Source of the DNA: Gammaproteobacteria bacterium | GTDB taxonomy: Bacteria > Pseudomonadota > Gammaproteobacteria > JACCYU01 | Direction: 5' to 3' | DNA: 62,083 bases | Assembly: GCA_036259115.1 (NCBI GenBank) | Contig: DATACK010000027.1 | Span: forward strand, 1 to 62,083 | Part shown: one piece after another, positions 1-13,270 of the stretch | Position numbering within the stretch: position 1 is the first letter of the stretch | How the letters are laid out: the number at the start of each line of letters is the position of its first letter | The notes under the pieces: model-generated | The model's input: only the letters and a program-made list of their open reading frames with translations | What the model was told of the DNA's origin: nothing | Databases searched by the model: none | Translations under genes and position numbers: made by a program

Positions 1-979
1 GGCGAGCGTACCGTTGGCGCAGGCGCTAGACATCATGGACCAGGGACACGAAAACTACCGTCCATGCGCGCGCTGGTGCTGAATGTTTAAGCCGATATCG
101 AGCGCGGGGCTAATCTCACCGATGCCCTGCGTAAATACCCGGCTTATTTTGATGACCCGTTCTGAAACCTGGTGCACGCCGGTGAGCAATCGGGCGCACT
201 GGAGACGCCGCTACACAAGATCGCTACCTATAGAGGAAAAGGCCGAGGCGCTGAAGGGTAAGATCAAAAAGGTACTGTTTTACCCATGCGCGGTGGTCAT
301 GGTGGCCTTATCGTGTCTGCGATTTTGCTTTTGTTCGTGGTGCCTTAGTTCCAGCAATTAGTCCGTGGGTTCGAAGCGGATTTGCCAGTTTTTACGCTAT
401 TTGTAATCGGCCTTCCGGAATTGTTTCAGGCCTGGTGGTGCGTAATCTTGAGTGCCACTATCTTTGCGGCGGTCGCGTTTATGCAAGCCAGAAGGCGCTC
501 GCCTCCCATCAATCGCGCGCTAGATATCCTATCGCTCAAGATGCCAATCATCGGCAACATTTTGCATAAATCTTCTAATGCGCGGTTTGCGCGCACCTTG
601 GTGACCATGCTCGCGGCCGGCGTGCCGCTGGTCGAGGGCATGGATTCGGTGGCCGGCGCCACTGGCAATGCGCTGGATCGCGAGGCAACCTTGCGCATGA
701 AAGACGAGGTATCGACAGGTATACAACTGCAGCAGAGCGTGCGCACGACCGGGCTGTTTCCCAAATGGTGGTGCAAATGGTTGCCATCGGTGAGGAATCC
801 GGCTCGCTGGATGACATGATAGGCAGGGTCGGCGACTTTTACGAGGCCAAGGTGATAATCTGATGGATGGCTTGAGCAGTCTGCTGGAGCCGCTGATTAG
901 GGCCGTGCTCGGCGTCATGGCAGGCGGCCTTGTGATCGCTATGTACCTGCCGATTATCAAACTAGGAGCGGTAGTTTAA
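1..979 (+). pseudogene. pilC: Type IV pilus platform protein PilC (GspF family). The 5' end is cut by the window edge, and the gene is disrupted by multiple frameshifts and in-frame stops.
   Basis: Stitching three frames gives a near-continuous PilC/GspF sequence: ..VPLAQALDIMDQGHENYRP | MRALVLNV*ADIERGANLTDALRKYPAYFDDPF*NLVHAGEQSGALE..KIATY | EKAEALKGKIKKVLFYPCAVVMVAL | IVSAILLLFVVP*FQQL..ADLPVFT..AAGVPLVEGMDSVAGATGN..TGLFPK | MVVQMVAIGEESGSLDDM..FYEAKV | DNLMDGLSSLLEPLI..AMYLPIIKLGAVV*. In-frame stops are TAA at 88-90, TGA at 163-165 and TAG at 346-348. Frame changes occur near 62, 233, 309, 764 and 854. The gene sits directly upstream of pilD. Confidence 0.85.
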
Positions 980-1020
980 GTAATTATGCCAACAATATAG
1001 CCTAATATAAGGGCGAAGTT

Positions 1021-1047
1021 CGTCTGCGAGGACGTATCTCGCAGACG
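1021..1047. other. Perfect 10-bp inverted repeat (cgtctgcgag-N7-ctcgcagacg) in the pilC-pilD spacer
   Basis: Read directly from the sequence. No U-tract follows, so this is not a classical intrinsic terminator. Function unknown. Confidence 0.5.
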
Positions 1048-1185
1048 CTAGGCTTCTCGACCTGCTGCTTTTGCCATTTCGATTAGGCAAGGCGGAGGGA
1101 TCTTTCGGCAGTAAATTCCTCGGCTCTTTCAGTCGCTCAGAATGAACCTGGTGTTTTCATCACGCGCTTTGATGTCAGTGCCTAC

Positions 1186-2076
1186 TTGATCATGCTTGCA
1201 GTCTTTGGAGGCAGTCCAACCGTTTTTCTGCTGGCGATTGCCATATTAAGTCTCGTCATCGGCAGTTTTCTCAACGTCGTGATTTATCGCCTGCCCATCA
1301 TGATGCAGCGGGCCTGGGCGGATGAATGTCGCGAATGCCTGAGCGCTGAGGACAGCGCAGCGGGGGTTTCTGCGGATAAGATACCTAAGCCGCCGTTCAA
1401 CCTTCTCGTGCCGCGCTCGCATTGCCCGACCTGCGGGCACAAAATCAGCGCGATAGAGAACATCCCCGTTATAAGCTATCTTGCACTGCGCGGCCGATGT
1501 ACCGCATGCCACGCGCCGATCTCTCTGCAATATCCGTTAGTCGAGATCGCAACTGTGATTTTGTCGCTGATCGTGGCGTGGCGCTTCGGCTATGGTTGGC
1601 AAACCATTGCCGCGCTGCTCCTCACCTGGGCGCTGATCGCGCTCGCGGCCATAGACTTTCATACTAAGCTGCTGCCGGATTCAATCACGCTTCCCTATCT
1701 ATGGCTGGGAATACTGGTGAATATGGGCGGACTCTTTACTAACCTGCAAGCCAGCGTATTGGGCGCCGTGTGCGGCTATTTATCCTTATGGTGCGTGTAT
1801 CACCTGTTCAAGCTCTTAACCGGCAAGGAAGGCATGGGCTATGGGGATTTCAAGCTGCTCGCCATGCTAGGGGCGTGGATGGGCTGGCAGATGTTGCCGC
1901 TTGTTATCTTGCTGTCATCCGTGGTCGGGGCAACAATGGGCATCAGCCTGATCATCACCAAGGGCCGCAACCGCGACAATCCCATCCCTTTCGGGCCATA
2001 TCTTGCGGTGGCGGGATGGATCGCCTTTTTATGGGGCCCGCAGATCACCGAGGTGTATCTGCGACACTTTCACTAG
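1186..2076 (+). CDS. pilD: Prepilin peptidase / N-methyltransferase
   Basis: 296-aa ORF with Cys pairs CPTCGH..CTAC, several hydrophobic segments and GMGYGDFKL / PFGPYL motifs typical of the A24 prepilin peptidase family. It follows pilC. Confidence 0.9.
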   Translation: MIMLAVFGGSPTVFLLAIAILSLVIGSFLNVVIYRLPIMMQRAWADECRECLSAEDSAAGVSADKIPKPPFNLLVPRSHCPTCGHKISAIENIPVISYLALRGRCTACHAPISLQYPLVEIATVILSLIVAWRFGYGWQTIAALLLTWALIALAAIDFHTKLLPDSITLPYLWLGILVNMGGLFTNLQASVLGAVCGYLSLWCVYHLFKLLTGKEGMGYGDFKLLAMLGAWMGWQMLPLVILLSSVVGATMGISLIITKGRNRDNPIPFGPYLAVAGWIAFLWGPQITEVYLRHFH

Positions 2077-2184
2077 CGCAGTTTCAACCTCGACGCGCCG
2101 GTCGTGAATGATTCTTATCAGGCCCTCAGCGCCGGTTGGGAATAGACCCTGCCGAAACCTCACGCCTACGGTACACTTATTCGT

Positions 2185-2796
2185 ATGCTCACCATCGGAC
2201 TCACCGGCGGCGTGGGTTGCGGCAAAAGCACAGTCGCTGATCTATTCAAGCGCCACGGCGCTGCGGTCATCGACGCCGATGTCATCGCACGCGATTTAGT
2301 CGCGCGCGATTCGCCGGTGCTGCGCGACATCGTGACCGCATTCGGCGATGAAGTCCTAAGCCCGAGCGGAGATCTCGATCGGCGTAAACTTCGGCGTATC
2401 GTGTTTGCGCGGCCCGATGCGCGCGCTCGCCTGCAGAACATTCTGCATCCGCTAGTGCGAACTGAGATTATCGCGCGCGTGAAAGATCTTTCCGCTCCAT
2501 ACTGCCTAACCGTAATACCGTTACTCGTCGAATCTGGCATGCGCGATTTGGTTGATCGCGTGCTGGTGATCGATTGCGAAGAGACGCAACAGATCGCGCG
2601 AGTCAGCGTTCGTGATCAGTGTACCGCAGACGAGGTACAAGCCATCATCGCCACCCAGGCCTCGCGCGAGTCACGGCTGAAGGCTGCCGATGATGTGATT
2701 CTAAATATAGGCAACATCGACGATCTGACACACGAGGTTGCGCGCCTTCACCGGCGATATTTGGCGCTCGCGGACGTCAGCGAAAGGCGCGCTTGA
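2185..2796 (+). CDS. coaE: Dephospho-CoA kinase
   Basis: 203 aa with an N-terminal P-loop IGLTGGVGCGKST. Lies in the conserved pilD-coaE-zapD arrangement. Confidence 0.9.
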   Translation: MLTIGLTGGVGCGKSTVADLFKRHGAAVIDADVIARDLVARDSPVLRDIVTAFGDEVLSPSGDLDRRKLRRIVFARPDARARLQNILHPLVRTEIIARVKDLSAPYCLTVIPLLVESGMRDLVDRVLVIDCEETQQIARVSVRDQCTADEVQAIIATQASRESRLKAADDVILNIGNIDDLTHEVARLHRRYLALADVSERRA

Positions 2797-2900
2797 CCGC
2801 TGCTCTACCTACATTTATCTTGCGACTGAGAGGCTCAGGTTAAACCCGTGGCCGATAGTAGTCATACACAGCCGCGCCGCCATTTTAGATTGTTGCGAAA

Positions 2901-3671
2901 GTGACCGACATCATAACCTACGAACAACCGTTAAACGAGCGCATACGCACGTTTCTACGTGTCGAGCAGCTTATGCAGAATTTCGAGCACAATCTAAGCC
3001 GCGACACGGCCTGGGACACCCATAGCGCACTGATGCTGTTGTTGGAGATCATCAACCTGGCTGCGCGAATTGACTTGAAAAGCGAGTTGATGATGGAGAT
3101 TAAGCGTCAGATCGCGAATCTGGAGCGCTTGGCGCAGATACCACGGGTCGATAGTGAACGCCTGGAGGGCATCGTCAATCGACATCGCAACCGGGTCGAG
3201 GCGCTGTATGGTTTTAGCGGTCAGCTCGGTAGCGAGCTTAAGCACAACGATTTCATCAACAGTATTCGCCAACGCGCTATCATTCCTGGCGGCACTTGTG
3301 ATTTCGACCTGCCCGTATACCATTTTTGGCTGTCACGTCCAGTTAACGAGCGACACGCCGTGCTACAAGCATGGATCACACCCTTTGCTAAGATCTATGC
3401 TGCCGTGGCTGACATTCTTACACTGATTCGAGAGAGCGCTACACCGCAAAAGACGCACGCCAGCGCGGGCTATTATCAGCAAAGCCTGAATGTGAATCAG
3501 CCTTACCAGATGATTCGCATCCTGTTATCGGTAAATGCCGGTTACTATCCTGAGGTCAGCGCCGGCAAACATCGATTCGCGGTGCGCTTTCTGCGCCAGA
3601 TCACCTTGGAAACGCGCAGCGTGCCGATAGAGGAGGATTTCGATTTCGCGTTGGCCTGCTGCGCGTTGTGA
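2901..3671 (+). CDS. zapD: Cell division protein ZapD (YacF family)
   Basis: 256 aa. YEQPLNERIRTFLRVE at the N-terminus, IPGGTCDFDLP in the middle and a C-terminal FALACC, matching the ZapD pattern. GTG start. Confidence 0.85.
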   Translation: MTDIITYEQPLNERIRTFLRVEQLMQNFEHNLSRDTAWDTHSALMLLLEIINLAARIDLKSELMMEIKRQIANLERLAQIPRVDSERLEGIVNRHRNRVEALYGFSGQLGSELKHNDFINSIRQRAIIPGGTCDFDLPVYHFWLSRPVNERHAVLQAWITPFAKIYAAVADILTLIRESATPQKTHASAGYYQQSLNVNQPYQMIRILLSVNAGYYPEVSAGKHRFAVRFLRQITLETRSVPIEEDFDFALACCAL

Positions 3672-3722
3672 TAGATGTCGCGAATGCATTCGCGTCCACA
3701 CCACGTTATTTATAGCGCGATT

Positions 3723-4760
3723 TTAATCGCAGGGCCATAACCCCCGGATGGCTGCAACACCCTGACCGCCACAATGCTTGGCTTGCAATAGGTGATTAAT
3801 ATTCATCCCACCTAAGGCGTAGACCGGCATGAGCGCCTGAGTGCATAACGCGCCGAATGCCCTCCAACCCAAAGGCCTGGCTGTGGGATGAGAGGGCGTC
3901 GCTTTAACCGGCGACAAGACAGCGAGATCGGCCTCGATAGCGTTGGCGCGCGCGATTTCGCTTGCATCGTGACACGAAACCGCGACCAGATACGGCGCGG
4001 ATAGCGGTCGCGCGGACATCGCTTTTAAACGCGCGCTATTCAAATGCACGCCATCGGCTTGTAACCTTACCGCCCACTCTGGTTCACTGTTGACGAGCAG
4101 TTGAGCGCCATGTGCGTGGCAGCAATCAATAGCGGCTTGCGCCAACTCACAGTATCGATCGGCTGTAAGACTTGGGGCCCGCAGCTGCACCAACTTGATA
4201 CCTCGTTTTAATGCATCCTCCAGGCAGCTCAAAAAAAGCGCGTCATCGCCTTCTGGCGCTGGAGTGATGAGGTACCGATCCGGCAGATTTAGTGCCTTAA
4301 GTATAGGCAGACTGGCGGCCGGGAATGTAAAGCGCGATAGTTCATGCCCCGCAGCCCAGACAAGCGGCTGAGCCTCGTGGCCGTAGGGCGTACCCGTATA
4401 GCGCGTCACCTTCAAGGCATCTAAGAATACCGCCTTGTCAGGATACTGATAGTGAACCTGAATCAGGGGTTCGAAGGCCTGCGCTTGGATGCCCAGTTCT
4501 TCAAATAACTCCCGGCGTAATGCGTCCAACGTCGACTCACCAGACTTGAGCTTACCGCCAGGGAATTCCCATTTATCGCCTTGATGCAGATGTGCGGCGC
4601 GCCTGGCGATCAGCACCTGACCGGCATTATTGAAGACTGCCCCCACGACGACCTTAATCTCCGGAATTCGTGCCTCTATAATCTTGTCCGACGAGACACA
4701 TGCATCCTCCCTAAGCTCGAGATGCAAATCTCGAACTCCCTTACGATCGATATTCGGCAT
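3723..4760 (-). CDS. Nudix (MutT-like) hydrolase fused to a ThiE/TenI-like domain
   Basis: Nudix box GKWEFPGGKLKSGESTLDALRRELFEELG in the N-terminal half; the C-terminal half resembles thiamine-phosphate synthase-like domains (..VAVSCHD..LSPV..T.SHP). The start is uncertain: ATG at 4760 overlaps the argJ stop, and a GTG near 4697 is an alternative. The 4838 start in the ORF track runs through the argJ 3' end. Confidence 0.75.
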   Translation of the reverse strand: MPNIDRKGVRDLHLELREDACVSSDKIIEARIPEIKVVVGAVFNNAGQVLIARRAAHLHQGDKWEFPGGKLKSGESTLDALRRELFEELGIQAQAFEPLIQVHYQYPDKAVFLDALKVTRYTGTPYGHEAQPLVWAAGHELSRFTFPAASLPILKALNLPDRYLITPAPEGDDALFLSCLEDALKRGIKLVQLRAPSLTADRYCELAQAAIDCCHAHGAQLLVNSEPEWAVRLQADGVHLNSARLKAMSARPLSAPYLVAVSCHDASEIARANAIEADLAVLSPVKATPSHPTARPLGWRAFGALCTQALMPVYALGGMNINHLLQAKHCGGQGVAAIRGLWPCD

Positions 4761-5958
4761 TGATGCGGATGTAGTCGTACGACAAGTCTGATGTCCATAC
4801 ATGAAACGCGTTGCTGCCGCGATGGAGATCGATGCCAATCGTAATCTCCGGCTTGGTCATAACCTGACGTCCCGCGGCCTCGGTGTAATCCAGGGCCACA
4901 GCGCCTTGGCGCGCGACGCATACCTCTTCCAGAAATATTTCCACTTGATCGATAGCGAGCTGCGCCAAGCCCGCGCGTCCAACGGCGGCGAGTATCCGTC
5001 CCCAGTTGGGATCGCTCGCAAAACAAGCTGTCTTGACCAACGGCGAGTGGGCGATAGTAAACGCGGTGCGCCGCGCCTCGTCAACGCTTGCCGCTCCGCG
5101 CACGGTGATCGTGATGAACTTGGTCGCACCTTCAGCATCGCGTACGATCGCCTGCGCCAGCTTGACCATAACATCGGATATCGCAGCTTGTAACTGGGCG
5201 CTCGCCTCGGCATTGCCCGGCTCGACAAATACACCCGAGCGGCCGGTCGCAATCAACACGCAGGCGTCGTTAGTGGACGTATCGCCATCCACAGTGATGC
5301 GATTGAAAGAGACCGCGATCGTCTCGCGCAATACGTCATTCAGCAGCCCTTGCGAGGCGCTTACATCGGTGGCTAAGAAGGCCAGCATGGTCGCCATATC
5401 CGGGCGAATCATGCCGGCGCCCTTGACGATACCAGTTATGTGGATAGGTTTGCCGTCGATGACCACCGTGCGTGAGACGCCTTTTGGGATCGTATCAGTG
5501 GTCATGATCGCCGCCGCTGCGGCCCGCCACCCATCCGCATCGAGGTGCCCCAGCGCCTGCGGCAAGGCTCCGATGATCCTATCAGTTGGCAGACGTTGGC
5601 CGATGACGCCGGTAGAAAACGGTAGCACCTCGCCGCTATCACAACCGGTAAGTTCCGCTATCGCGCGGCAGCACGACAGGGCGTCTTGCATACCTATTTC
5701 GCCCGTGCCTGCATTGGCGTTGCCGGCATTCACGAGCAGAAAGCGCGGTGTGCGGCTTGCAAGGTGACGCTTGGCGACGACCACCGGTGCGGCGCAACAA
5801 GCATTGCGGGTAAACGCCGCGGCCATACGGGCACCTGGCGAAATGTCGATCAGAGCAAGATCTGCGCGGCCCCGATAGTGAATGCCGGCAGCGACCGCAG
5901 ACAGCCGGACGCCCTGGATCGGTAGCAGGTGAGTGGGTAGGGTTAGGCCGACGGCCAT
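4741..5958 (-). CDS. argJ: Bifunctional ornithine acetyltransferase / N-acetylglutamate synthase
   Basis: 405 aa with the autoprocessing region PDMATMLAFLATD, GMIRP, and the typical C-terminal SYDYIRINAEYRS. Confidence 0.92.
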   Translation of the reverse strand: MAVGLTLPTHLLPIQGVRLSAVAAGIHYRGRADLALIDISPGARMAAAFTRNACCAAPVVVAKRHLASRTPRFLLVNAGNANAGTGEIGMQDALSCCRAIAELTGCDSGEVLPFSTGVIGQRLPTDRIIGALPQALGHLDADGWRAAAAAIMTTDTIPKGVSRTVVIDGKPIHITGIVKGAGMIRPDMATMLAFLATDVSASQGLLNDVLRETIAVSFNRITVDGDTSTNDACVLIATGRSGVFVEPGNAEASAQLQAAISDVMVKLAQAIVRDAEGATKFITITVRGAASVDEARRTAFTIAHSPLVKTACFASDPNWGRILAAVGRAGLAQLAIDQVEIFLEEVCVARQGAVALDYTEAAGRQVMTKPEITIGIDLHRGSNAFHVWTSDLSYDYIRINAEYRS

Positions 5959-6064
5959 AAGGATCAGGCTAGAAGCGATCCCGTCGACCGGTACAGACTC
6001 TGCACCTCAAGCTTGTCGCAGGGACGGTCAATCGCGATAGAGACACTTGCGGTTAAGGCCGCTT

Positions 6065-8797
<2,733 letters not shown>

Positions 8798-9064
8798 GCG
8801 GGAGGATTTACCTGTGGCTGACGAGAAATAACGTAAAATGCCGCAAGCGGTTTGGCGCCCTTCGCCTCAGCGCGCCAAGCGGCGGTTCAACTCCGCCTAC
8901 TGCCGTTTGGCCGCTGAAAGTGATTGCGGATTACTGTTCATAATACTGTATCTGAGCAGTTTTTAGTGGCATAAGTTCGCGGTATAGGCAAAGTGACACC
9001 AATGCTGGGCTCTGGTTTAACCAGATCTTAATCTCTCCACACTTGCAGGCGGCGAATAGTCACG

Positions 9065-9496
9065 ATGAAACATCTCAAATCCTTACTGAATGCAGACCTT
9101 TTGCGGCATGCACTCCTCTTAGAAGCGATGACCACCATACTTCGATCCTATCTACCGGCAGAGGCTGCGGCGCATTGCTGGGTCGGCGGGGTACGCGAGC
9201 GGGTGTTGATAGTGGTCGCAGACAGCGCCAGCTTCGCCGTGGCGGCGCACTACCAGCAGCATAAAATCCTCAAACGGATCAACAGCAACTTTAAAGCGGA
9301 ATTACCAGCATCTCTCAATAGGCTCAAAACCAAGATTGCCAAGCTACCTGCCCCGGCGAGGATACCGCTACAGCGCCCTACATTGTCCGCCAACAACGCC
9401 GACATTTTAGCAAGCAGCGCAATGACTGTGGCCGATCCAGAGCTCAGAGCCGCGCTTGACCGCCTCGCGCGCCGCGGCAAGGGCAAGCACCTATGA
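9065..9496 (+). CDS. DUF721 / DciA-like small protein
   Basis: 143-aa ORF divergent from secA and adjacent to lpxC, the position usually occupied by a DUF721 protein in pseudomonad-like synteny. Called mainly from context and length. Confidence 0.5.
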   Translation: MKHLKSLLNADLLRHALLLEAMTTILRSYLPAEAAAHCWVGGVRERVLIVVADSASFAVAAHYQQHKILKRINSNFKAELPASLNRLKTKIAKLPAPARIPLQRPTLSANNADILASSAMTVADPELRAALDRLARRGKGKHL

Positions 9497-9582
9497 GAGC
9501 GTACAGCAAGGAATTGGCCGAGATAGACGGGCAAATCCCGGCAATTACCGGATTATCACCGCCAAATGGGCCTATCCCAAGC

Positions 9583-10497
9583 CTACGTTACACTCAGGGG
9601 CCGACCATACGAGATCGGCGCGACCCGGGTCTCATCTTCGAACGTTATCTCTTCCCAGGCATCCTTGCGCGCTACCAACGCACGCAACAACTGGTTGTTG
9701 AGACCGTGTCCCGATTTATATCCCATAAATGCCCCGATCAGACTACAGCCGAGGAGATAAAGGTCCCCGATAGCATCCAATATCTTGTGCTTGACAAACT
9801 CGTCCTCGTAGCGCAGGCCGTCCTCGTTTAGCACACGGTAATCGTCCAGCACTACAGCGTTGTCGAGACTGCCGCCCAACGCCAGCTTACGGCTACGTAA
9901 CATCTCGATGTCACGCATGAAACCGAAGGTGCGTGCGCGGCTGACTTCTTTCACAAAGGACGTAGTGGAGAAGTCGAGTTCGGCCTGCTGGCTACGGTCT
10001 TTAAAGACTGGATGATCGAAGTCGATCGTGAAACCCACCTTGAAGCCATCGAACGGATCGAAGCGCGCCCATTTGCCATCATCTTCGACTTTAACGCTGC
10101 GCTTGATGCGGATGAACCGCTTTGGTGCGTCTTGTTCGACAATGCCTGCGGATTGCACCAAGAAGACAAATGGACCGGCGCTACCATCCATAATGGGCAC
10201 CTCCGGCGCGCTCAAGTCCACATATGCATTGTCTATCCCAAGGCCCGCGATCGCCGACAACAGGTGCTCGACGGTGGATATCCGGACATCATCTTTCACC
10301 AAGGTTGTTGCCAATCGTGTGTCGCCTACGTTTTCCGGGCTAGCCTTAATTTCGACCGGCACATCCAGGTCAGTGCGGCGAAAGATGATGCCCATATTGG
10401 CCGCCGCGGGTCTTAAGGTGAGATAGATCTTCTCCCCCGTATGTAGCCCAACGCCGGTTGCCCTGATCGTGTTCTTAAGTGTACGTTGCTTGATCAA
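9583..10497 (-). CDS. lpxC: UDP-3-O-acyl-N-acetylglucosamine deacetylase
   Basis: A TTG start at 10497 gives (M)[22 protein letters not shown].., the canonical LpxC N-terminus, and about 305 aa. Also contains HHFL../GHGLNN motifs. The longer track ORF (to 10554) adds non-conserved residues. Confidence 0.93.
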   Translation of the reverse strand: MIKQRTLKNTIRATGVGLHTGEKIYLTLRPAAANMGIIFRRTDLDVPVEIKASPENVGDTRLATTLVKDDVRISTVEHLLSAIAGLGIDNAYVDLSAPEVPIMDGSAGPFVFLVQSAGIVEQDAPKRFIRIKRSVKVEDDGKWARFDPFDGFKVGFTIDFDHPVFKDRSQQAELDFSTTSFVKEVSRARTFGFMRDIEMLRSRKLALGGSLDNAVVLDDYRVLNEDGLRYEDEFVKHKILDAIGDLYLLGCSLIGAFMGYKSGHGLNNQLLRALVARKDAWEEITFEDETRVAPISYGRPLSVT

Positions 10498-10837
10498 TGA
10501 TAGTTTCCAATCGGCTATTATTAAAAAATGGTGCAGTGCGCCAAATAAGACCAAATACCCTCACAGCCTGTTCAGGTATTCGGAGTAGAACAAAAAGACG
10601 CATTATGTCACATGCACCAAAGATTTCATGTGCAGGTCGTGCAGGTGCCAGGCCAAACACCGTATATAACGCCATGCAAACAATAAACCAACATTGCGCG
10701 CACCACTCTGCAGCGCTATAAACACTACCGTCCAGAAGCATAGCGTGGTGGAAACAGCAGCCGTATCCGCCGCTGTTAGGCTTACATCTGCATAACGCTC
10801 CCCTGCCCTGACTCCAACGCTTCTAAACCCCTAGCTG

Positions 10838-11983
10838 TCAATCAGCTTGCCGGCGCAAAAAGGCTGGGATATCAAGATAATCCAGATCGTAATCCTGATC
10901 GAACTTGTTCGCCGCCCGTGCCTCATTGCGCATCACCGTGGGGCGCTCCAACTTGCCATAGTCGACTTCGCCACTGGCCCGCTTCTCAACCAGCTTGACG
11001 GCCGGTTTCTGCGCGACGGCAGGCTGCGCACCCAGACCGGTGGCTACCAGGGTTACACGCAGATCGCCACCCATATCATTGTCTATCACGGTACCTACAA
11101 CCACGGTGGCATCCTCAGAGGCCATTGACTTGACGGTGTTGCCAACGTCATCGAACTCGCCAATAGAAAGATCTGGCCCCGCAGTGACGTTTACCAAGAT
11201 ACCCCGCGCGCCGGCTATATTGACATCTTCTAAAAGCGGGCTGGAAATCGCCGCTTCAGCGGCTACTCGTGCCCGGTGTTCGCCGTGCGATACCCCAGAA
11301 CCCATCATAGCCATGCCCATCTCCGACATCACGGTGCGTACATCGGCGAAGTCGACGTTGATCAGACCCGGACGGGTGATGAGTTCGGCGATGCCTTGCA
11401 CCGCACCTAGCAACACGTTATTGGCGGATTTGAACGCAGACAGCAGGTTAGTGTCCTTGCCTAGCACGGCCAACAGCTTTTCGTTCGGAATGGTGATGAC
11501 CGAATCGACATGTTGCGCAAGCTCTTCGATGCCCTTACACGCCACCTGCATGCGCTTGCCGCCCTCGAAGGCAAACGGCTTGGTCACCACCGCAACGGTG
11601 AGGATACCGAGTTCCTTGGCTATTTCCGCTACTATCGGTGCGGCGCCAGTGCCGGTGCCACCGCCCAGGCCAGCAGTGATAAACAGCATATCAGCGCCTT
11701 CGATCACCTCTTGTATGCGGTCGCGGTCCTCCATCGCCGCCTCGCGCCCTATCGTAGGATTGGCGCCGGCACCTAGGCCCTTAGTGATGCTACTGCCCAA
11801 CTGCAACACCGTCTTGGCGCTGGTGTTCTTCAGCGCTTGTGCGTCCGTGTTGGCAGCAATGAAGTCCACGCCCTCGATCGCCGCATTGACCATATGTTGC
11901 ACGGCATTGCCGCCGCCCCCGCCGATGCCGATCACTTTAATAACGGCGCTTTGGTTATAAGAATCTATGAATTCAAAAGCCAT
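10838..11983 (-). CDS. ftsZ: Cell division GTPase FtsZ
   Basis: 381 aa. Tubulin signature [10 protein letters not shown] and N-terminal [14 protein letters not shown]. Confidence 0.97.
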   Translation of the reverse strand: MAFEFIDSYNQSAVIKVIGIGGGGGNAVQHMVNAAIEGVDFIAANTDAQALKNTSAKTVLQLGSSITKGLGAGANPTIGREAAMEDRDRIQEVIEGADMLFITAGLGGGTGTGAAPIVAEIAKELGILTVAVVTKPFAFEGGKRMQVACKGIEELAQHVDSVITIPNEKLLAVLGKDTNLLSAFKSANNVLLGAVQGIAELITRPGLINVDFADVRTVMSEMGMAMMGSGVSHGEHRARVAAEAAISSPLLEDVNIAGARGILVNVTAGPDLSIGEFDDVGNTVKSMASEDATVVVGTVIDNDMGGDLRVTLVATGLGAQPAVAQKPAVKLVEKRASGEVDYGKLERPTVMRNEARAANKFDQDYDLDYLDIPAFLRRQAD

Positions 11984-12028
11984 GATCGCTCTCCCATCGA
12001 GTAGCTGAAAGTTTAAATATTTCTGGAG

Positions 12029-13270
12029 TCAGAAACTGCCCTGAAACCAGCTCTTCATCCTTTTCCACACAGCCGGGAAGCCCTTCTCGGCGAAATTCTC
12101 TGGGCTACCGACTTGACGGCTGCTGCGATAACCGAACAGCAACAATCCCACCCCTGTAGCATGCATCGGATTGCGCACTACGTCGGTCAACCCTGACACG
12201 TACTGCGGTATTCCTAAGCGTACGGGCATATGAAAGACCTCCTCCGCCAGATCGATTACGCCCTCCATCTTAGCGCTGCCGCCGGTTAGCACCACGCCCG
12301 CCGCCACTAGATCTTCCAATCCACTGCGACGCAGGTCGGCCTGTACCAAGGCCAGCAGTTCCTCATAGCGGGGCTCCACCACCTCGGCCAAGGTCTGGCG
12401 ACTCAGCCTGCGCGGTGGGCGTTCCCCTACACTCGGCACTTCGATGGTGTCGTCCGGATTGGCCAGCTGCCGCAACGCGCAGGCATACTTCACCTTGATT
12501 TCTTCGGCGTATTGTGTAGGTGTGCGCAAGGCCACCGCAATGTCGTTGGTGACCTGATCCCCAGCCAGTGGGATCACCGAGGTATGACGGATTGCGCCCT
12601 CGGTAAATACCGCCACGTCCGTGGTGCCCCCCCCCATGTCGACTAGGCATACGCCTAGCTCTTTCTCATCTTCAGTCAAGACCGCATAGCTGGCGGCAAG
12701 CTGTTCAAGTATGATGTCATCGACCTCGAGTCCACAACGGCGCACGCACTTGATAATGTTCTGGGCCGCACTGACCGAACCAGTAACTAGATGCACCTTG
12801 GCCTCCAAACGTACCCCCGACATGCCGACCGGTTCACGAATGCCCTCTTGACTGTCGATGACGAATTCCTGGGGCAGGATGTGAAGCACTCTTTGGTCGG
12901 CCGGGATGGCTACTGCGCGCGCGGCATCTATGACTCTATCCACATCGCTAGGCATCACTTCGCGATCCTTGATCGCGACGATGCCATGCGAGTTGAGGCT
13001 CTTGACGTGACTGCCGGCGATGCCGGCATAAACCGAATGGATCTGGCAGCCGGCCATCAACTCGGCCTCTTCTACCGCACGCCGTATGGACTGTACCGTC
13101 GATTCGATGTTGACCACGACCCCCTTTTTCATGCCGCGTGAGGCATGCGAACCGATGCCGATGATTTCGATCTGCCCGCCATCGTTAACTTCACCGACGA
13201 TCGCCACCACTTTGGAAGTGCCGATATCTAGCCCAACAATCATGCTCTTATCGGATTTCTTAGCCATCAT
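12029..13270 (-). CDS. ftsA: Cell division protein FtsA
   Basis: 413 aa, actin-like fold motifs VGLDIGTSKV and DMGGGTTD. Lies between ftsQ and ftsZ. Confidence 0.95.
   Translation of the reverse strand: MMAKKSDKSMIVGLDIGTSKVVAIVGEVNDGGQIEIIGIGSHASRGMKKGVVVNIESTVQSIRRAVEEAELMAGCQIHSVYAGIAGSHVKSLNSHGIVAIKDREVMPSDVDRVIDAARAVAIPADQRVLHILPQEFVIDSQEGIREPVGMSGVRLEAKVHLVTGSVSAAQNIIKCVRRCGLEVDDIILEQLAASYAVLTEDEKELGVCLVDMGGGTTDVAVFTEGAIRHTSVIPLAGDQVTNDIAVALRTPTQYAEEIKVKYACALRQLANPDDTIEVPSVGERPPRRLSRQTLAEVVEPRYEELLALVQADLRRSGLEDLVAAGVVLTGGSAKMEGVIDLAEEVFHMPVRLGIPQYVSGLTDVVRNPMHATGVGLLLFGYRSSRQVGSPENFAEKGFPAVWKRMKSWFQGSF

Noticed and set aside
5006-5767. 253-aa ORF antisense to argJ
   Set aside because: Same artefact as above: long open frames on the opposite strand of GC-rich coding sequence, with no recognisable motifs.
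8932-8959. LexA/SOS-box-like string tactgttcataatactgtatctgagcag upstream of secA
   Set aside because: It contains CTGT repeats but lacks the CTGT-N8-ACAG dyad.
10995-11960. 321-aa ORF antisense to ftsZ
   Set aside because: It lies entirely inside and opposite a clearly identified gene. The translation is Ala/Ser/Pro/Thr-rich and low-complexity, as expected from the mirror frame of a GC-rich gene.
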